The translations under genes were made by a program, and so were the position numbers. Source: Azolla caroliniana (lineage: Eukaryota > Plantae > Polypodiophyta). Taken from it: a DNA stretch of 64,000 nt. The DNA lies in contig JBHGNT010000013.1 in NCBI GenBank assembly GCA_043228905.1, positions 1,488,001 through 1,552,000 on the forward strand. Direction: 5' to 3'. The notes under the pieces are model-generated. The model ran no database searches and was not told where the DNA came from. It worked only from the letters and a program-made list of their open reading frames with translations. Positions 40,105-52,300 of the stretch are shown here, in pieces. The number at the start of each line of letters is the position of its first letter. Position 1 is the stretch's first letter.

Positions 40105-41010
40105 TGTCGTGCCTTTCGGCTTCGGATCGTTGCGTGAGTCGGGTGGGAACCGCTGAGGTTTTGGACTAGGCGAAAGAAGAATATGAGATAAGGCTCCTTA
40201 TGAATCGATTGCAAGAAAGAGAAATATTTGAAAGAAGATATGAACCTCGTGAATCCCACGAGTATAGTGTATTAATAGATACTTAGAATGTAAGAGAGAA
40301 ATAGATGGAAAAAAAATCGTGAATCCCACGAATATATTAGATTGATCAAAATCCTTGTAAAATAATCAACAACCTCTATACATCTTTCTCTCTTCCTTAT
40401 ATAGTGTTGGAAGACTCTAAGTTTATCACATGCAAGTATCATGCTTTTCCTATCTTTAGTTTTCATGCACACTGCATGTGCATGATTAGCTTTCTATCTC
40501 ATCTTTTCTTTTTACTCGAGTGTCTATGCATGAATAACTTTTTGTACCATGCATGTCTAGAAATTTTACATGGGATAAAGTTTAATATAACTTTAAAATT
40601 CATAATGCGCTAGTAGAATGATAAGGCTTAACATTATTAACATGGAGGTGCAAGGTTCGATTCTTGCCCTATGCATGTAATATATAATTTTATACTTTCT
40701 TCTATTTACAAATATGTCTCTTCATCTGGTGAGAGACTCTCACTAGCCTTCTTCATCCGGCTCTTGCCGGTTCTGCTTCATCCGGTTCTCGCCGGTTTTC
40801 TTTATCCAGTTCTTACCGGATCCTTCTTACCGGTCCTCTTCGTCCATTTCTCACCGACTCTCACCGGCCTTCTTCATCCGGCTCTTGCCGGTCTCCTTAC
40901 GAGTTTCGGTCCTCACCAGTTCTTCCTTCCGGTTCTCACTGGGTACTCCATATCCTATCCGGAGAAACCAAAAATGTAATTTCACGTAGTATGCGAATTA
41001 CACTACGACA
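40105..41010 (-). mobile_element. Solo gypsy LTR carrying a tRNA-like cassette
   Basis: TGTCGTG...TACGACA termini; homologous to 58683-59493 and 61752-62581. Flanks GCAT/ACGT. Confidence 0.9.
40605..40676 (+). promoter_or_regulatory. tRNA-derived Pol III A/B-box cassette within LTR
   Basis: A-box-like TAGTAGAATGATAAG and B-box GGTTCGATTC at tRNA-like spacing. Confidence 0.6.
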
Positions 41011-44000
41011 ACGTAGTTCGGTCTGCCCACAATGCGTAAGGTAGGAGCCGCGGCTAATTCTCGACTTGTCCTCCGCAAGCCCATACTAACGCCTTCACAA
41101 TCGGCCTGTGCCCGCGCTCCACCTTCCCGTTTGCCTCCAGATTGTACGTCGTAGTGAGGGAAAGCTTAACCCCTAGCCGGTTGAACAGCTCGTCGGCTTC
41201 CCGCACATCCAGCTCCCCCCGGTCAACCACGATCTTTCCCACGCACCCGTACCGGCACACCACTTCCTCAATTAGGAACTGGCACACGGCTGCAGTCGTC
41301 TTGCTCGGCAATGCTGACCCTCCATGTGGTTCGTTAGATCCTCTCTTGCCAGCACCAAGTACCGCATCTGCCCTACCCCCATCGGCATCGTCACCAAGTC
41401 CACCATCCACTTGAAGTGGATGATCGGCGGGTAAGTCGGGTGTAGCTCGTCTCAATGTCGGACTATGGAATGCATCTGACAGCTCTCCCAAGTCGTTACG
41501 AACTTATGAACATCCCGGTACAATCCCGGCCACCATTACTTCTCCTTCAACTTTTCGAAGGTGGCCCACGTCCCGTGATGTCCGACCCAGGGACTCTCAT
41601 GATACACCGTTAGGAACGCCTCCTGCTCTTCCTTCTTCGCCACTAGCCGGAGTGGGATGCCGCCACGCTTCTTTGGGTGTTTCCATATGCTTCCGTCTCG
41701 TAGGAAGAACCGGCACGCTTTCTTCCGGATCCGGTCAGCCTCTTCTCTCATCCACGCCACGTCCGACGTCATTGTCTTTAGGAACCCACCGATTTGGAGC
41801 CACTCCCCGTCGTACTCGCCCTCGTCAAACTCATTAAGCACCGGGGTGCTCCCTTCCCTCGTCTTCACGTAAGCCAACTTGAAGAAGTCCACACCAACTT
41901 CCTCGTCCTCCGAAACCATGTTGCCTTCGTCATCAAACTGTTATAAGCTGGCAAGAAGGCTTAAGGAGGTCCAAACCAGAGTGTGAAAAGGAATAGTTTA
42001 TTCGGGAATTGTTGTAATTACTAGTCTTAATATATATATTAATATATGAGAAGAGTGGATGGACCGGAATCGGTATGCAGATCCGGATCCAGACCGATCC
42101 CGAAAAGGTGCCGGTTGGCACCGTTTTGTATTTCGCACCGGAGACCTATATAAAGGCCCGGTTACAATGTAATCAAGAGCGGATAATTAATAGAACTTAT
42201 TGCCTTAATCTTTCAGTATTGATTACCGTTCTATACTAATTGTTATATCTTACGCGTGTTAAGGATGTGTTGCTAAGTAATCGATTAAGGTCTAATTAAG
42301 CGTTGTGCCGTGAGTCATCTTGCCGTACCACCCTTTGGTGAAGTGTCTTAAGTGGACACCCTGTGTTAGGCTGTTGTCCGGCCCTAGGATTAACACAGTT
42401 TTTGGCGACCATGATTCCTACACAATTGCAGTGAACAACGGCGGGAACGAATGACTAGGCCAACAGACGACCCGATTACAGAGAGAGCACAAAGACTTGC
42501 TGAACGGCGGAGGTGGCGAGAGGCTTTCCAACAAGCAGCGGAAGAAATCCGATCGGATCGATCATTTTCCAAAGTGATCCGGAAAGTGGCGGAGGAGTTG
42601 CTCCGTTTGCAACAAGACACTTACCTGGACGAAGGAAGCAGCTTAAGCAGCCTCCGGGAAGCAGAATCCCTTCTCTAGGCCTTGGCCGGAAGAGACGGCA
42701 AATCCGAAGCATTTTCAGCACTGGAATCGAATTTGGAAGGGGGTTACAGCACGAACACGAACTATCGCAGCAGTAACGACACCCCAGGAGGACCGGAGGA
42801 CGAGGAGTCGGATACAGTACCGACACCGGAACCAGAGTTGGCAGACCGGGAACCTCTGGCACTAGACGTGGAGCAACCTCTAGAGACGGAAGAAGACAAA
42901 GAAAGACCTCCAACACCGGAAGTTGAGCCAGCAACACCAAAGGAAGACCGGCAAAGACCTCTGACGCCGACAGAACAGCAGGAAAAACCACTGACACCGC
43001 TAGCCCGCGTACCGACACCGGACGACAACATGCCATTCCAGTACTCCAAGTATAGGGATGACCCGGACGCAGAGGCTCATGTTCACGCATTTCAGCAAAC
43101 GTGGGAGGCGAACCATGTGTCACAATGGTTAACAACGGCCGAAGAGGAACGATCTAAGATAGCTGAATTCGGCGTGACATTGGAAGGACCGACCGCCAGA
43201 TGGCACCGGACGCAGGACCGCGGCACCATCACCACCCTTGCGGACCTCAAAGATAAATTCTTGCACTTCTTTCAGAAGGAGGTGGACCAGAGAGAAATGG
43301 TGGGCCTATTTTATACCATCCGGCAGGACCCCAGGGAGAGCATTCCGCAGTTTGTCATCCGGTTTCAACGGATGCACAATTAGCTTACCCGCGCACCTCC
43401 GGAGGAAGAAACATAGGCTATATTCTTAGTCGCGCTCTGGGAACCTCTACGAACGGTATGCACGGTCATCGACTTTCACACAAGCACCGTCGACCAGGTC
43501 ATCGACCGGGTTAGAGAAATGGAAAAAACGAGCTCTTGACTAACAATGGGAGCCCTCCAACGAGCGTTACCAACCGATGAGGATCTCCGTTTACGGCAAG
43601 CAATCCAATGCACGACCTACTTGAATTCCGGACACTCGTCACTGGAGTGCACCATGCGGACGCACTGCTTACTCTGTCAATCTACGAGCCACACGATGGA
43701 CCGGTGTGAATATAACTTATTGAATCGGCAAGCACCACCAGTCTGGCAAATCGAGCGACGTAGCAGCCGAGACGAAGAAGACGAACGCTGGTGGTGAGAG
43801 GAGCGATATCAACCGGCATAGGATGTCCGGTACGACAATCGGTGAGACAACTATGACCGGTACAAGAGATATGACAAGTACCGAGATTACAATGGACGGT
43901 ATGAGAATCACAACCGGGATCACTCCCCCGGGTATCACCAAGGGAAGATTACGGGAGATATGACGACCAACCTCGTCAAGGGTACCGCAACAAAAAGAAC

Positions 44001-44597
44001 TTTAATAGAAAACGGCATTTCAAAAAAGGGAGTCACCCACGTGAACCGGAAAAAGGTGCCTCAAGTAGCCAACCGGACTAAAGCCCTGCGGTTACCGCAG
44101 GTCCTCCACTGGGTACAGGAAACAATGCCAAATCCAACAATACCCAGAAAGCATATTGCTACTATTGCCGAAAAGACGGACATTATAGTAATCAATGTCC
44201 GGCAAACAGCTATGACAAGCGACCGGCAGTAAACATGGTAGTCGCCGAAGTCGCGGACCTACAGCAGGTTACCACAAGGTCAAAGGGCACCTACGAAATT
44301 TCGAAAACCCATCCACCTAAAGAAATGGACGTGATCGACCACACACAAATCAAAACAAAGGAAGAACATACATACACATGACATGATTTTGGACCCATGA
44401 CGAAGTTCGTAAGCCGACAGAACGAGAATGTTCGTGTCACGGAAGATTTGCTGACCGACAAAGATGTTCGATTCAAGCACTCCGATCGAGGGAGTCGATC
44501 GTTGAAAGGACCAATGGAAGTTCTGGTCGAAGAAATATCCTCATCAAGGCATGTGGGATCGACGTGCAAGGCACTCTCCCATGGGCGTGCCATATTG

Positions 44598-44803
44598 TGT
44601 TACCCCGTATGAGATGTACGGAGAGTCAAGTGTGATGAGCGAGGGTCGAATGTTATCATGATGTTGTTGTGTATGTGGATGGATACGAGGAGGTGTGAGT
44701 GAGTGTCCAGTATGAATGCTCGAGGGGGCTTACACCCCTATGTATCTACCCCCTCTTGTACTATTTAACCCCTTATGGGGAATGAATGAAACATGAATAA
44801 TCA

Positions 44804-44880
<77 letters not shown>

Positions 44881-45106
44881 TCATCTCTCTTCCTCTCTCT
44901 CCCCTTAACGTTGAACCCCCTTGGGAGGGGGGTGGACCATTCTAGGCACCACCCCCCACCCCGCAATGCTTCTCAATGATTCTCAACCTCTTCATGATCT
45001 CTCTCACCATCATACTCTCCATAGTCATCACACCCACCATGTCTATCTTTATCATCAATCATCCTGATTATCATAAATGTTAACCCTAACCCTAAAACCT
45101 ATAACA
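44598..45106 (+). mobile_element. Internal LTR of a second family, followed by a PBS
   Basis: Homologous to solo LTR 20675-21195; followed by TTTTTGGCGACCACTGGC. Confidence 0.85.
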
Positions 45107-46297
45107 CTTTTTGGCGACCACTGGCAATGAGAACTGGCAACCGGTATGTGATCGTCGCAACGGACTACTGCACTAAATGGGTGGAAGCCAAAGCCCTACG
45201 AGACAATACCATGGCGTCGACGGCAAAATTCTTATACGAATACATTTGGTGCCGGTACGGATGCCCCATAGAGCTGATAAGCGACCAAGGAGGACACTTT
45301 CTTGGACAGGTAGTGGAGATCTTGACGTCATTCTATGCGGTAGTTCATAAACGGGGCACCCCGTACTACCCACAAGCCAACGGATTAGTGGAGTCAACAA
45401 ACAAAACGTTACAGAATATCCTGCGCAAGATCGTCAATGAGAATTGGACAGATCGGGACACGAAGCTACATAGTGCGCTCTGGGCTTACCGGACAGCGTA
45501 CAAAACAAGCATTCGAACAACGTCGTTCCGGTTAGCATTCGGATTAGAGGCAGTCATGCCGGTTGAGTTCCAGGTACCGAGCTTACGGATCCAGATTAGG
45601 GAATGACTTAATGAAAAGGAATCGGAGACAATTCGGTTAAAGGCTCTGTATGAACTAGAAGAACACCGACTAGCGAGCATCATGCACCTTGAATTGGAAC
45701 AACGGCGACGGAAAGCGTTTGTAGATCGGCACCGGAAGGGAAACAAAAAGATGCTCGGAATCGGCAAGCCGATACTAGTGTTCCAAACCCGGATGGGTAA
45801 AATGCCAGGCAAACTACGGTTTAGATGGACCGGACCGTACTGGATCACACGCGGGTTCAATGGGTCTTACCAGTTAGGGACACTTGCCGGCGAGGTGCTA
45901 GGCAAATGGGTCAACGGATTTAGACTAAAGCCATACCAAGGACCTATGCCCAAGAACCCATTTGAACGAAGGGCCACCACCGAATCAGACGTCGGCAGGC
46001 CAACCACGACGGCAACCCGTGAGGAAAACGGCTACCACCAAGCCGGTAAGGGGGAGCACGAGCTGACAACCAGGGAAAGCATAACGATGGCAAACCGTCA
46101 AGAGGCCGACAAGGTGCGCGTTTCGGGTAAGGTTCCGATAGTACCGGAGAAAAATTAACCACACAATTAATCTTAAAAAAATAATAATAATAATAATAAA
46201 AATAATCAAATGGAATCAAATAAATCATGAAAAGGAGTGGTGGAAATGGCCATGCAAACGAGGAGTAAAGAGGCACGTCGAAAAGGTACGAGGGGCT

Positions 46298-49200
46298 ATG
46301 AATAGGACATTAAACCACCGCCACATGGCATGCAATGCTATTATAGTACACGACCTACACATGCGGAGGCTCGAAAAAGGCGCCAAGATGCAGAGAAAAA
46401 AACCCCTACGCATCGAGACCTTCTCCTATCGCGAACCAAGGAGAACAGACGCAGACAAACGCGTGAAGATCAATCGTAGAGAGCTCGCACACAGAGAACC
46501 CCCTCACTCGGAACTTTCTCTCTCACACTCTCCCTACCACCAAACCTCACCAACGCTCTCCGACCTCGACACAGAGATGGACTGCCAAAAGCTGTCTGAA
46601 GCCGCCAAGAAATGGCTACGGCAGCACGGACTGGAGGGTTTCTTAACAATCATGGAGGTGGCGTCACACAAGGAGGCCGAAAAGATTATCAAAGAAATCG
46701 ACACAAAGGTGATCACGGAGGAGGCGATCCGTGCGTTAATAGGCCTTCCGGAGGGAGGCATCTACACGATCGACAATCCTACCTCCGAGCAACTCATCAA
46801 ATATTTCGGTGAATACTCTCTCGCCAGCAAGGGCTATAGGACACATGGCGGCGAAGATATGTTATTTCGCAAAATTTCCCGTGTGCTCCATGAGTTCGGC
46901 CACGTATACCCTCAACCCCCCATCATGCCTCAGAACCGAGCAGGCTTGATTATCGCGACATACGAAGGGGTCAAGGTGGATTGGCCGGTGCTGATCGCCG
47001 ATGGGCTGTGTACGGCTATTGATATAGTAAGAGGAAAGGACGACAAGGAAGGCCAGAAAATATGGCATGCGATGACGCAATGGCTCACCCTATTGGCACC
47101 ACCGGTCGAGCCCTTCCAAACCAAGAAGCGGGGAAGAGCAACGGACGGCACCCCGAAACCTGCTTCGAAATGGCAACAACTGTTGGCCTCCAAGGCCACT
47201 AAGGGGAAGACGGCGGACACAGAGAAGGCGGCAAAGGAGCACGCCAGCCGAAAGCGGCCGACAGACACACACGAGGAGACACCGGCACGGCCCCTGAAGA
47301 GCCCACTCCACCGACCGGTGCAGCAAGAAACGGACACCCTGGCGACAAGAATGAATGTCGGGACTCAGGCGGAGGAAATGGAGGAAGAACCCACAGAACA
47401 CCTCCAGAGGCGGCTGGTGAAGAGCACCGTTGAATCAGCCGGGAAGCGTTCGGACCCACAGAAGGATGGAACCCCCACAACTCACACTGAGCATCCCACG
47501 CCAAGGGAGGTACCAGAACCGGTTCGGATGGAACCGGTCACAGAAGTCCCTGCACAACAGGCAGCACCGGCTAGCCCCATAACTCAAGAGCTGGTTATAC
47601 AAAGGCCAACCTCCTCAACCGGCCAAGAACAAGCAGACAAGGGGCGGCTAGCCGAAACACACCCAGAGCCGGAACGACAAAGTGGTCAGCAGGCGGAACC
47701 AGAAGTGCAGCTCGACGCAGTAAGGCGGGACCAACCACCGGCAAGTGAACCCATCAACCAACCCGCCGTCCATACGCAACAATAGTGCACCGGCAGCCAA
47801 TGGGTCTGGTGGATAGGAGAACAAATTGCCGGAGTAGTCGGGTGCATAGAGGCGGAGGGAAGAGCGCAAACGGAACGGTTGCTCGTCACAACCGATGAAC
47901 TGGAGACGGCCCGGTCTAGGATCCGGTGCCTCAAACAAGACTTGGATCGAATCACAGGAGACATGGCCAAAACGGCCTTAACTGCAACGCAGATCCAAGC
48001 ACTGGTGACTCCGGTTGATGTACAAAGGAATAAGACCCCGGAGACACAAACTGTCCTGGAGAAAGATGCAGCGCAAGCCCAAGAGCTTGAGGAATTACGA
48101 GATGAACTTGCCGCACAAGAAGCATTATGGAGCCGCGAACGCAACTTGCAGAAGGCGGCCGTAGAAGAATTAAAAAAGATTGCTGAGAACCTCCGCCGGG
48201 CAGAGGAAAACCTGTGTAAAGGACATCATGCGTACGACCGGCTAAAGGAAGAAAAAGAGAAATTGCTGCAGGAAAAAGACAAGTTGCGATGGATGGTGGA
48301 GACGGAAATCGAGAGGCTGAAGGAAGAACTCCATCAACAGAAGGACCGGGAGGACCGCGCGCGCCTGCAGATCAACCAGAGGCTGAAGTAGAAGACCGAT
48401 GATTTTGATCATCTGCACCGGGACTACAAGCAGCTGGAGACGGAGTATAAGCAACAGCAGGAACGGATGGCCGAGCTCCGGCAAGAATTTGATAGGGCCA
48501 CAACGGCACTCACCAACGAATGAGCTGAGAGTTCCAAGCTATTGGAGGAAGCGGCGAATGACCGGACTGAGCTCCACAAACAGAACCATGAAGACAAGGA
48601 AAGAGTGACAATGGTATTACAAAGGTTGCAAACAACCTATCAAAATCAATTGTCGCATTATAGGGAGCAGGAGGCGGACACGGTCCGAATCATCAAGCAA
48701 TTGAAAGAGGAGCGACAAGCCGCTGAAAACAAATCACGGATGGGAGCCAAATGGATTTAGTGCATCCTTCAGTCATGGCTCACTAAGACCAAAAGCTTGA
48801 TTGACGACAGCTTTGTGCGATGGTGGACGAAATGGGCGCAGAATATGGCGGAACTCCAATTGCTCAGAGCGGACGTAGAAAACCGGCGGAAGGAGGGTGA
48901 CGGTTGTTATACGCTGACATCGGAGGACTTCACCGCCATAAGGGATGAGCTGGCCGAAGATTTCACAGCCCTGGCGGATGAACAATTGGTACAAGTCCGG
49001 CAGCTCGTAGCTCAACTGGACGAGGACCGGTTGGAGGCTCAAATCCAGTTTGAGAGCTATGAGCGGTCCCGGCTTCGAGAAGAAAAAGCGAGAAAGGCGG
49101 CAACGGTCAACCTTAGTGATGAGGAACCGTCGCTGGTACTAGGACCAGACGGGGACCAGGCCGGGGTCAGTCAGCCAGAGACAACTCTGACGGAGGAATC

Positions 49201-49363
49201 AACGAAGGAAACGCCAGTGCCAGAGCGACAAACGGAGCAGCAGCCACAACCACAAACAGAACAGCAGCCACAGCAACAGCAGCCACAACAGCAACAACAG
49301 ATTCCCGACGAGCCATTGGAAATTTTGGAGCAAAGCATTCTGGACATTTTGGACGAAGCGTAA
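46298..49363 (+). pseudogene. Extra 3' ORF of the gypsy element (~1000 codons, interrupted by in-frame stops)
   Basis: ORFs starting at 46298, 47879, 48542 and 48797 are all in one frame. Globular N-terminus, P/E/T-rich middle, coiled coil, Gln-rich tail. Confidence 0.8.
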
Positions 49364-52300
49364 AAGGGCCGGATAATGGGTTCGACATACAAGGTACTGT
49401 CCCACGGGCGTGCCATGTGTTACCGGCTGGCAAGAAGGCTTGAGGTCCAAACCAGAGTGTGAAAAGGAATAGTTTATTCGGGAACTGTTGTAATTACTAG
49501 TCTTAATATATATATTAATATATGAGAAGAGTGGACGGACGGACCGGAATCGGTATGCCGATCCGGATCCGGACCGATCCCGAAAAGGTGCCGGTTGGCA
49601 CCGTTTTGTATTTCGCACCGGTTACAATGTAATCGAGATCGGATAATTAATAGAACTTATTGCCTTAATCTTTCAGTATTGATTATCGTTCTGTACTCAT
49701 TGTTATATCTTACGCGTGTTAAGGATGTGTTTCTAAGTAATCGATTAAGGTCTAATTAAGCATTGTGCCGTAAGTCATCTTGCCGTACCACCCTTTGGTG
49801 AAGTGTCTTAAGTGGACACCCTGTGTTAGGTTGTTGTCCGGCCCTAGGATTAACACAAACCGCACCCTCGAAAGCATGTCGGCCATGGCGTTGTCCTTCC
49901 CAGAGATGTGTCGTATCTCCGGATTCAGGGACTTAATGTACGCGATCCACCTGAGCATCGCCAAGTCCGGCGTCGCGCATCCGGAAACCATATCGAGGAT
50001 CGGTAGGCAGTCCGTCTCGATTATCACCTCCGCCCCGATCAAGTAGTCTTTGTCAGCCTTGACCGCCGAAACGATACCCTAGAGTTCGCGTTTAACCTGG
50101 GCGTATCCTCTCTGTCGCTCACTAAGTACCCTCGCTCCCAATTGGATGGGACGCCTCGCGCCGCACTCGTCCTCTTGGTTGATCACCCATCCTATCCCAG
50201 TCGGGCTCGTGTCTACCATTACGTAGATTGGAACGTCCTTGCCGTAAACCGCCTTCCGAAGTGCAGGTGCCGCAATTAACGCCTCCTTCAATCTACGAAC
50301 CGGTTTAGGGTTTACGCCTCTTCTTCAGCACCTGTAGAGCGGCTCTGTCACATGCGCATAATGCGGAATCAAGATATGGTAGAACGCGCACACGCCCAGG
50401 AACCTCTGCACCTCCGTAACCGATTTGCATTCTTCCTTCATTACGGAGATGGCTTCTACCTTCGCTGGAGACGGTTTCTGGCCATAAGGCCCGCACAAGT
50501 GTCCGACCACTAGGATCTCCGGCTACCCGAAAGCCGACTTCTCTCCAGAGAAGGTGAGTCGCGCATCCTCTAGCCTTTGCAGCACCTTCTCGCAGTCACC
50601 GATGTGGTCCGCAATGAATCTCCAGTAACCATCCGGTCCAACAGACTAGTCTACATCTTCCACCAGACATCCCTTAATCGGGATGTCGTCTAGGAAGGGC
50701 ATGGTGATGTCTGGGATGCAGTCCCTTAGCACCTTATTCATCGCATTCACCATGTGCACCATTGAGTTAGTCCCTCCTTGCGGCAGGGTACACATCCTGA
50801 CTAGGTGGAGAGGGGTCCGCATTGTCGTAATATCCCTGCTCTCTATGGCTAGTTGGAATTGGTTGTACCCCGAGTACAGATCCCCGACCGAATAAATTGA
50901 CCTTCTGGCAAAGGCCTCCGCGAACTCGTCAATGGTCGGCCCGATTCCTGCATTCTGAATGGTCACCTTGTTGACTAGCTGCAGGTCCTGAATAAAGCAC
51001 AACGTGCCATTCTTCTTCGGCACGGTAAACCACTGATTCAAATATGGGGCGCTCGACGGCTCAAGGATGCCCATCTCCACCTTCTACTTCAACAACTCCA
51101 TCAACTTTGGGATGTGAGCTCTAGGTATCGGAATCGGCTTGAGATTCCACGACACATGCGGTACCGTGATGATAACCATTGGCTCAACGATCATCGGGTC
51201 TACGCACCCGATCTCGTCCGGTGAGAATGCGAAGGCCTTCCCGTGCCTCCCGAGCATCCTCCGAAAGTGGTCCTCCTCCATCGGCAATAGAAAGCCACCC
51301 TCATCGACCTTGAGCTCCCATAGCGTTTTGTCGGTGAACCGGTGTCCTATGCCAGCCGGATTCCGCAAACTTGGGTCCGACGCGACCACTTTCATCCGTG
51401 CCTTGCCGCCCTCCAATAAGGGAGCCGCAAATGGCCTCACCTTCCAGTCCACAATCTTGTACTTCGTATGCACTTGGGCCGTCCGATTCAACTCGACCCT
51501 CTTACTGAAATCGGCAATGACTTCATACATCTCTACCAAACTAACCGGAATCACCCGGTCTTCTCTAAGGCCTTCTTCGAACACCTTCCGTACTTCTCCC
51601 ACGGTGTCGTCGAAAGAGACCGCCTCCACGGCACCACTAATCTCATCGGGGTCAAGGACTCCGCACGCCCTGAGACGTTCCTCTGCCGGCTTCCTATGGT
51701 ACACGTGTGGGGTTCCTACGGGGTGTCCAGACTATCGCGGCCCCACACCTTGATAGCCCTCTTTAAAAATCCCCTCGACTATCGCCACCGAGATTCTCGC
51801 GGTTACGCTCATTGTTTGGTCACACTGTCAGAAATTGGGCGGAGTGTCGCCCATCTTGGCTCTTCACGAGTGCATACGTCGAACCGTTATCTAGCACCTT
51901 TGTCTCCATGCATGCCGCCGTAATGTACGGTTCGCCGAGTATCACCGGGTGCGAAGATGTCTCCTGCACGAAGAAGTGTTGGTCAATCTCGACATCGCCG
52001 ATTTTCACACGTACATTCAGGCAAGCCCCGTGTAGCTCCTCCGTGGCGCGCGTATCTTCCACCCGTGCTTGGTGTTGATCGGTCACTTTCCCTTCTTATA
52101 GAAGTCCATAGACATTAGGTTGATCTCCGACCCATGGTCGATCAATGCCACTACCGGCTCCTTGACGTCCTTGACCCGAACGGGGGTTTCCGTAGTAGCC
52201 CTTGGCCAGTGCAACTTCGAATAGTGGCTCTCCGCCAATTCGTCTTCCAGGCCCACGTCCTCCAGGTGCGTCGTTCGCACCTCCATGGGCTTCTCCGGTT

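Larger units (their letters stand above)
41939..49855 (+). mobile_element. Non-chromovirus (Athila/Tat-like) gypsy element, LTRs 41939-42395 and 49418-49855; RT/RNase H missing
   Basis: TSD CAAAC, PBS TGGCGACCA, retrotransposon gag 42451-44280 with a knuckle, integrase 45127-45960 (ATDYCTKWVEA, YYPQANG, WTGPY) and a long 3' extra ORF. Confidence 0.92.

Noticed and set aside
40605-40676. Functional tRNA gene (also 58875 and 61849)
   Set aside because: No acceptor stem or coherent anticodon arm; reported as a tRNA-derived cassette instead.
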